A stretch of 46,488 nt of DNA from Ectothiorhodospira sp. (GTDB taxonomy: Bacteria; Pseudomonadota; Gammaproteobacteria; Ectothiorhodospirales; Ectothiorhodospiraceae): the NCBI GenBank assembly GCA_046546415.1, contig JBKGXY010000001.1, positions 1 through 46,488 on the forward strand, in the 5' to 3' direction. The position numbers and the translations under genes were made by a program. Below, in pieces: positions 40,572-46,488 of the stretch. Within the stretch, counting starts at the first letter, position 1, and the number at the start of each line of letters is the position of its first letter. The notes below the pieces were generated by a model. It worked only from the letters and a program-made list of their open reading frames with translations, had not been told where the DNA came from and made no database searches.

Positions 40572-41918
40572 ATGACCGCCCCGGCCGGAGACACCATCGC
40601 CGCCATCGCCACCCCGCCGGGGCGGGGTGGGGTGGGGATCGTGCGCATCTCCGGCCCCGGGGCCGCCGGCATCGCACGGGCCACCCTGGGCCGGGTGCCC
40701 GATCCCCGACTGGCCACCCTGGCCACCTTCCGCGACCCCGGGGGGCAGGCCCTGGACAGCGGCCTGGCCCTGTATTTCCCGGGGCCGGGTTCCTACACGG
40801 GCGAGGACGTGCTGGAATTCCAGGGCCACGGCGGTCCGGTGGTCATGGACCGGCTGCTCACCGCCTGCCTGGGCCACGGCTGCCGCCTGGCCCGGCCCGG
40901 GGAATTCACCCAGCGGGCCTTCCTCAATGATCGCATGGACCTGGCCCAGGCCGAGGCCGTGGCGGACCTCATCGACGCCGGTTCCGCCGCCGCCGCCCGC
41001 GGTGCCCTGCGCACCCTGGAAGGGGCCCTGTCCCGTCGCACCGAGGCCCTGGCCGAGACCCTCACCGGCCTGCGTACCCACGTGGAGGCCGCCCTGGACT
41101 TCCCGGAGGAGGAACTGGACCTGCTGGCCGATACCGCCGTGGGGGCGCGTCTCCATGACCTGCAGGAGGACCTGCAACGACTCCTGGAAGGGGCGGGGCA
41201 GGGCCGACTGCTGCAGGAGGGGGCCCACCTGGTCATCGCCGGCCGTCCCAACGCCGGAAAATCCAGCCTGCTCAACCGCCTGGCGGACCGGGAAACGGCC
41301 ATCGTCACCCCCATCCCCGGCACCACCCGGGACGTCCTGCGGGAGCACCTGAGCCTGGACGGCCTGCCCCTGCACCTGGTGGACACCGCCGGCCTGCATG
41401 CCTCCGAAGACCCGGTGGAACAGGAAGGGATGCGCCGCGCCTGGTCGGAGATCGACCGCGCCGATGTCATCCTCCTGGTGGTGGATGCCACGGAGGGGGA
41501 GGGCGAGGCGGAGGCGGCCATCCGGCAACGGCTCGACCCCGCCATCCCCGTGCTCACCCTGCTCAACAAGATCGACCGCCTGCCCGCCCCGCCCAGGGAC
41601 ACCGATGAGGACCGCATCCCCCTCTCCGCCCTCACCGGTGAGGGGTTGTCACGCCTCAAGGAACGCCTCAAGACCCTGCTGCACTACCATGGCCAGGAGG
41701 AGGGCCTGTTCATCGCCCGCCGCCGTCATCTGGATGCCCTGGAGCGCATGCAGACCCACCTGCAGGCCGCCCATGGCCATCTGCAGGCGGGAGAGGCCCC
41801 GGAGCTGCTGGCCGAGGAACTGCGCCTCGCCCAGGAGGCCCTGGGGGAGGTCACCGGCCGGGTCAGCAGCGAGGACCTGCTGGGACGCATCTTCTCCGAT
41901 TTCTGCATCGGCAAGTGA
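40572..41918 (+). CDS. mnmE: tRNA modification GTPase MnmE/TrmE
   Basis: DTIAAIAT, GRPNAGKSS, GTTRD, DTAG, NKID, C-terminal FCIGK. Confidence 0.98.
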   Translation: MTAPAGDTIAAIATPPGRGGVGIVRISGPGAAGIARATLGRVPDPRLATLATFRDPGGQALDSGLALYFPGPGSYTGEDVLEFQGHGGPVVMDRLLTACLGHGCRLARPGEFTQRAFLNDRMDLAQAEAVADLIDAGSAAAARGALRTLEGALSRRTEALAETLTGLRTHVEAALDFPEEELDLLADTAVGARLHDLQEDLQRLLEGAGQGRLLQEGAHLVIAGRPNAGKSSLLNRLADRETAIVTPIPGTTRDVLREHLSLDGLPLHLVDTAGLHASEDPVEQEGMRRAWSEIDRADVILLVVDATEGEGEAEAAIRQRLDPAIPVLTLLNKIDRLPAPPRDTDEDRIPLSALTGEGLSRLKERLKTLLHYHGQEEGLFIARRRHLDALERMQTHLQAAHGHLQAGEAPELLAEELRLAQEALGEVTGRVSSEDLLGRIFSDFCIGK

Positions 41919-41972
41919 GGTGCAACGCAGGTCCATCCGGCTGATGAATACACGTCTTCGGACGGCCTCCCC

Positions 41973-42989
41973 CTAGGGAGCTTCCGCCCGGGGCAGGACG
42001 CATTTCAGGATATCCGCCAGGGTCACGATGCCTTTCATGCGGCCTCCCTTCATGACCACGGCCAGTTGCACGCTTTCCTTGCGCATGCGGGCCAGGGCCT
42101 CGTAGACCGGTACCTGGGCTTCGAGTACATAGGCATGGCGCGCGATCTCATGGGCGGGACGATCCGGGGGGAGCAGCAGGGTATCCCGTACATGAACCAC
42201 CGTGGGCTCGATGCCCTGGTTGCCGAGGACCAGGATGCGCAGGTGGCCCGACTCTATCGCCGCAGAGCGAACATCCGCGACCGTGGCACCCCGCACGACG
42301 TGCACCGGCGGCTCATCCTCATCGATCAAGGATTCCACCGGCATCGAACTCAGATCGATCAAGCCGGAGAGCTGCTGCTGCAGTTGCGGCTTGAGCGTGC
42401 CCACCCGGGCCGAATGCTCCACGAGCTGACGGATCGTCTCGATGTCTTGTCCTCCGACCGCCGCGCTCTCCACCGGCTCCACGCCCGAGGCCTTCACAAG
42501 CCTGTTGGCCATCCAGTTGACCCAGCGCAGCAGGGGACGCAGCGGCCAGATATACCCCCTGGAGAGGAGACCGATGGCCAGGGCCGACTTTTCCGGATGC
42601 GCGATGGCCCATGACTTGGGCGCCATCTCTCCGACCACCAGGTGCAGGAAGGTCACCACAAAGAGTGCGATCCCGAACGCTGCGCCACCGGCCACCCAAT
42701 CCGGGATACCCCAGGCAAGAAGGACGGGGCCAAGCGAGTAATCCACCGCCGGTTTGGTCACCGCGCCCAGGGCAAAGGTACAGAAGGTGATCCCCAGCTG
42801 TGCGCCGGCAAGCATCAGGGTCAGATCATTCATGCCGCGCAGCGCGGCCCGTGCCGAGGGGCTGTGTGCCGCCAACTCCTCCAGGCGATGGCGCCGTGCC
42901 CCAAGCAGGGCAAACTCGATGACGACGAAGAAGGCGCTCAACGCGATGAGCGCGACGGTCAGTAATGTGACGATCAGCGGATCGTTCAT
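41973..42989 (-). CDS. CNNM (DUF21)-CBS protein, short form without CorC domain
   Basis: SAFFVVIEFAL, LAGAQLGIT, HLVVGEMAPKS, degenerate CBS pair, GIVTLADIL; ATGA overlap with the upstream paralog. Confidence 0.88.
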   Translation of the reverse strand: MNDPLIVTLLTVALIALSAFFVVIEFALLGARRHRLEELAAHSPSARAALRGMNDLTLMLAGAQLGITFCTFALGAVTKPAVDYSLGPVLLAWGIPDWVAGGAAFGIALFVVTFLHLVVGEMAPKSWAIAHPEKSALAIGLLSRGYIWPLRPLLRWVNWMANRLVKASGVEPVESAAVGGQDIETIRQLVEHSARVGTLKPQLQQQLSGLIDLSSMPVESLIDEDEPPVHVVRGATVADVRSAAIESGHLRILVLGNQGIEPTVVHVRDTLLLPPDRPAHEIARHAYVLEAQVPVYEALARMRKESVQLAVVMKGGRMKGIVTLADILKCVLPRAEAP

Positions 42990-44362
42990 CGATCTTCCCC
43001 GGTCAGGGGCACCTGGATCAGCCGAACACGTACCTGGGTGGGGATATGCCGCTCGATACACAGCACATCGATCTCGAGCCGCTGACGTACCGGGGCCTCC
43101 GAGACCAGTTCGGCGGGATCCACCGGCAGATCGATCGGGACCGTGTCGCCCTCCTTGGGCAGGGCCCCGAGCTCGGCGATGAGCATGCCGGCCACGGTCT
43201 CCACATCCCCCCGCGGCAGATCATGTCCGATGGTCCTTTCGACCTCGTCCAGGTGCACCTCGCCTTCCATGATCCAGGTGTCCTCCGCCTCCTGAACGAC
43301 CCCGGTACCGAGCGCGACATCATGCTCGTCGGTGATCTCACCGACGATTTCCATGGCGAGATCCTCAATGGTGAGGACCCCGGCGAAACCACCATACTCG
43401 TCGATCACGCAGGCGAGCTGATGAGTGGACTGCGCCAGCTGCTCCAGGGCATCGGGCAGCGGCATCAGGGTAGGCAATACGCTGGCCGGTCGCATCACGG
43501 AGGCCACCGTTTTCCGGGTCTGCCCCGCATCCATGAGGGGGAGCACATCGGCTAGGTGCACGACCCCCACCGGCACATCATCCTCATCGATGACAGGGTA
43601 ACGGGTGTGTGCCAGCGCCATGAGACGGATCAACTCCTCCAGGGTGGTGCCGGGCTCCACCCAGTCCACCCGGGTCCGCGGCACCATGGCATGTTCCACA
43701 TCCCGATGAGGGAAATCGAGGATGCGGTCCATCATGATGGAAAGCTCCCCGGGCAGATCGCCGCTCTCGCGTGACCGCGCGATGATGTGTGGCAGATCCT
43801 TCTCGGAGGCGCTCACGTCCAGGTCATGAACGGGTTCGATGCGGAGCATGCGCAGAAACAGGGTGGCGGATCGGTCGAAGAAGCTGATGAACCAGCTGAA
43901 GACCGACATATAGAGCAGGGTGGAGCGGGCCAGCCCACGGGAGAGGGGATCCGGATTGGCGATGGCGAGGTTCTTGGGATAGAGCTCACCAAGGGTCATC
44001 TGAACGATCGTGGCAACCACCAGCGCCATGACCGTGCCGACCGCGATACCGGAGTCAACGGACAGACCCGTGTGCATGAGGAGGATGCCCAGGGACTCGC
44101 CGACCAGGGGTTCCGCGACATACCCCACCAGCAGCCCGGTGACGGTGATGCCAAGCTGGGCGCCCGAAAGCATGAAGCTGGTCCGTTTGGTGACCGCCAG
44201 CGCTCGCTTGGCCGAGGCGTCCCCGCCAGCGGCCAGTGCGGCGAGCCGCGTGCGGTCCACCGCCATGAAGGCGAACTCCTGGGCCACGAAGTACCCGTTG
44301 GCGGCAATGATCGCCAGAATGACCAGGATGCCGAAGAGGAGGGCGAGAAGGGTTTCGATCAT
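42986..44362 (-). CDS. CNNM (DUF21)-CBS-CorC/HlyC transporter ('hemolysin family'; Mg2+/Co2+ efflux-like)
   Basis: NGYFVAQEFA, LSGAQLGIT, GELYPKN, AMVPRT, VIDEYGGFAGVLTIEDL, ETVAGMLI. Confidence 0.92.
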   Translation of the reverse strand: MIETLLALLFGILVILAIIAANGYFVAQEFAFMAVDRTRLAALAAGGDASAKRALAVTKRTSFMLSGAQLGITVTGLLVGYVAEPLVGESLGILLMHTGLSVDSGIAVGTVMALVVATIVQMTLGELYPKNLAIANPDPLSRGLARSTLLYMSVFSWFISFFDRSATLFLRMLRIEPVHDLDVSASEKDLPHIIARSRESGDLPGELSIMMDRILDFPHRDVEHAMVPRTRVDWVEPGTTLEELIRLMALAHTRYPVIDEDDVPVGVVHLADVLPLMDAGQTRKTVASVMRPASVLPTLMPLPDALEQLAQSTHQLACVIDEYGGFAGVLTIEDLAMEIVGEITDEHDVALGTGVVQEAEDTWIMEGEVHLDEVERTIGHDLPRGDVETVAGMLIAELGALPKEGDTVPIDLPVDPAELVSEAPVRQRLEIDVLCIERHIPTQVRVRLIQVPLTGEDR

Positions 44363-44424
44363 CGGGCGGCCGGCCCGTATGCAGAACCAATGCAGGTACG
44401 GGATGGTGCGGGATCAGGGTCCAC
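44359..44424 (-). CDS. Putative 21-codon leader uORF (MDPDPAPSRTCIGSAYGPAAR) coupled to the CNNM gene
   Basis: GTG at 44424 preceded by AAAGAGGG at 8-nt spacing; its TGA overlaps the CNNM ATG (ATGA), which has no SD of its own. Confidence 0.4.
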   Translation of the reverse strand: MDPDPAPSRTCIGSAYGPAAR

Positions 44425-44657
44425 AAGGGGGTCCCTCTTTGCACAGGACTGGGATGGGATCATACCCATAGGCCTCCGGAACCGTCCAGTGACTGCACCC
44501 CCATCGCTCCTCCCCTCCATTGGGGCAATCCGCCCGTCCATACAGCCGGCCGGTACGGGCCGCGGCCTCAGATGGCTACTTTTCCCGGGTGAGCTTATCC
44601 AGATAGCCTATGGCAAACGCCGATACCACGAAGGCGATGTGCAGCAGCAGATACCCC

Positions 44658-45152
44658 ATGAGCCAGCCAGCCTGCTTACCAGACGACCAGGAACAGGGTC
44701 CCGCGGGCCCCGTCTATGTGCGCCGTATCCGGGTCCCCCCCGGGGCCATCGACCTCAACGGGCATACCAACAACCTGGAATACCTGCGCTGGATGCAGGA
44801 GATCGCCCTGGCCCATTCCGCCGCCCGGGGATGGACCCTGGCGCGATACCGTTCCCTGGGGGCCACCTGGGTGGTGCGCTCCCATCACATTGAATACCTG
44901 CGACCCACCCATGCCGGGGATGAGTTGCTGTTGCTCACGTGGGTGGAGGCCCTGGGCCGCCGGCAGTCCCCCCGGGGCTATTGCTTCGTCCGCCCCCATG
45001 ACCTGAAACCGGTGGTACGGGCCCGCACCCAGTGGGTCTTCGTGGATGCCGCCAGTGGCCGGCCCCGGGAGATCCCCAGCATCTTCCACGAGGATCTGCA
45101 GACCGTGCCCGACGAGGCCACGGCCCTGACCCATATCCGGCTTCAGGATTGA
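44658..45152 (+). CDS. Acyl-CoA thioesterase (4HBT/YbgC hotdog fold)
   Basis: [41 protein letters not shown]...GRP. Alternative start at 44610. Confidence 0.88.
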   Translation: MSQPACLPDDQEQGPAGPVYVRRIRVPPGAIDLNGHTNNLEYLRWMQEIALAHSAARGWTLARYRSLGATWVVRSHHIEYLRPTHAGDELLLLTWVEALGRRQSPRGYCFVRPHDLKPVVRARTQWVFVDAASGRPREIPSIFHEDLQTVPDEATALTHIRLQD

Positions 45153-45214
45153 AGCGGTGCACCCCCGCGACCGGCCAGTTCCGGTCCCCCACGAGGCCGT
45201 TTTCGGGATACCGG

Positions 45215-45435
45215 AGGGTTTGTAACTGTTTTTGTATTGGAAAGGATCATAGTAATAATTAGGCTCGGGGTGCGCTCTGGATAACCGCAAAGAAGATGAT
45301 TAAATACAATGGTTTAGAGGCTTTTCGGCGTGTGCGTGTCCCTTTGGGCAAAGCCCGGATAGCCTGTGTGTGGATTGTGGATAAAGGAAGTCGGTCGGGT
45401 TGTCCCTGGGTTGCATACAACCTATCCACAGGGTT
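45215..45435. other. Second oriC-like element (AT-rich tract plus DnaA-box array)
   Basis: AT-rich 45218-45260 containing ATAGTAATAA; DnaA-like boxes TCTGGATAA (45276), TGTGGATAA (45376) and CTATCCACA (45422); IHF-like ATACAATGGTTTA (45304). Confidence 0.72.
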
Positions 45436-45546
45436 GTGCCCGGATCCCCAGGGGCCAATAGGGTCGGCGTAGGGATCGGGGGGCTGCTACGCTTGTCTGC
45501 ATGGGGAGGCGGTACCCGTGTTCCCCGGTGATGAGGAGGAAGACCG

Positions 45547-46059
45547 ATGGCTGAGCAGAAGAACCCCTTTGACGTCTCCGAGCTGATGCAGATGTTCGAT
45601 CCCAACCGGTTCATGGAACAGGGGCGGCAGATCATGCAGCAGTACGGCATGCCGCCCATGGACATGCAGGCCCTCATGGAGGCCCAGCGCAGGAACGTGG
45701 AGGCGGTGGTGGCCGCCAACCGTACTTTGATGGAGGGCACCGAGACCCTGATGCGCCATCAGTCGGACCTGATGCGCGAGGTCTTCGAGGAGGTGAGCCA
45801 GGGCACGCGCCAGGTGGTGGACGAAGATCCGGAAAAGCGGACAGCGCACCAGATGGCACTGGTGGAACGGATCTACGATCGCATGAGCGGTCATCTGCAG
45901 GAGGCTTCCAGGCAAGTGCTCCAGGCGCAGGAGGCCTCCATGAAACAACTGGATGATCGCTTTCGCGAGAGCCTGAAGGAACTGCAGCGGACCGGTGGTG
46001 GAGAAGGGAAGAAGCCCTCCGGAACCAGCAAGAGGGGTGGGGGGGGCGCTGCGGGGTAG
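45547..46059 (+). CDS. Phasin-family (PHA granule-associated) protein
   Basis: DMQALMEAQRRNVEAVVAANRTLMEG...RHQSDLMRE pattern typical of phasins; GAGGAGG RBS. Confidence 0.75.
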   Translation: MAEQKNPFDVSELMQMFDPNRFMEQGRQIMQQYGMPPMDMQALMEAQRRNVEAVVAANRTLMEGTETLMRHQSDLMREVFEEVSQGTRQVVDEDPEKRTAHQMALVERIYDRMSGHLQEASRQVLQAQEASMKQLDDRFRESLKELQRTGGGEGKKPSGTSKRGGGGAAG

Positions 46060-46063
46060 GGTC

Positions 46064-46488
46064 TCAGAGTTCCCGGAGGAACTGCACCACCAGAAGCCCG
46101 CAGAGCAGCCACAACAGACCCCGTAGCCATACCCGGTAGGTCGGGGCATCCACCCGGTCCCGGATCCACATGCCGGATCTCAGACCCACCAGGGAGGCGA
46201 TGAGCAGGGGTGGGACGGTTTGCAGCAGGGGCGCACCGACAAATCCCAGGGCGGTGAAGGTGACGGCCTGGGTGGTCTTGCCCAGGAGGAAGCACAGGTT
46301 GATGGCCTGCACCAGTACCAGCGGCGGGACACGCAGTTCCAGGAAGTAGATCATCAGGGCCGGACCGCCCACGTTCACTGTCCCCCCCAGCACCCCGCCG
46401 ATGAACCCGGCCCAGGCCCCGCTCCCGGCGGGGTGCTTGCGGATCCAGACCCAGTCCACCCGCTGCAGGCGGTCGGAGACGAGATAGA
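46064..46488 (-). CDS. Sulfite exporter TauE/SafE family membrane protein, 3' part only
   Basis: AGFIGGVLGGTVNVGGPALMIYF and GMWIRDRVDAPTYRVWLRGLLWL; hydrophobic; start lies beyond the window end. Confidence 0.75.
   Translation of the reverse strand, partial: YLVSDRLQRVDWVWIRKHPAGSGAWAGFIGGVLGGTVNVGGPALMIYFLELRVPPLVLVQAINLCFLLGKTTQAVTFTALGFVGAPLLQTVPPLLIASLVGLRSGMWIRDRVDAPTYRVWLRGLLWLLCGLLVVQFLREL

Noticed and set aside
41895-41972. Possible prophage or integrative element attachment at the mnmE 3' end
   Set aside because: No integrase gene and no repeat of the mnmE 3' sequence found downstream within the window.

Overview
High-GC gammaproteobacterial chromosome segment spanning the replication origin. 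Gene content, order and acidic exported proteins suggest a halophilic Ectothiorhodospiraceae/Chromatiales-like organism (inference). Left to right: a partial OmpA/YiaD lipoprotein, aroE, hemB and a carboxylesterase; a four-gene signalling cassette (stand-alone receiver, HAMP-PAS-pseudokinase-DEDDh exonuclease fusion, small membrane protein, SLC5-STAC histidine kinase); argH, algZ/fimS-algR, hemCDXY; an SDR and a gamma-carbonic anhydrase; a sigma54 two-component module with its likely target (DUF4168 protein, -24/-12 promoter, paired enhancer sites); a CBS-PAS protein and an MCP downstream of a perfect FNR box; ubiD-xthA-prlC; a LemA/GIDE pair; gyrB-recF-dnaN-dnaA / rpmH-rnpA-yidD-yidC-mnmE with two parS sites; a tandem CNNM/CorC pair with a coupled uORF; a thioesterase, a phasin and a partial TauE. 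The two most notable observations are the transporter-kinase cassette, whose only visible output domain is a pseudokinase-fused nuclease, and two oriC-like elements about 8.9 kb apart (36.3-36.5 kb and 45.2-45.4 kb) with near-identical internal spacing. No tRNA, rRNA, CRISPR array or transposase was recognised. All calls come from motif recognition by eye; no searches were run.
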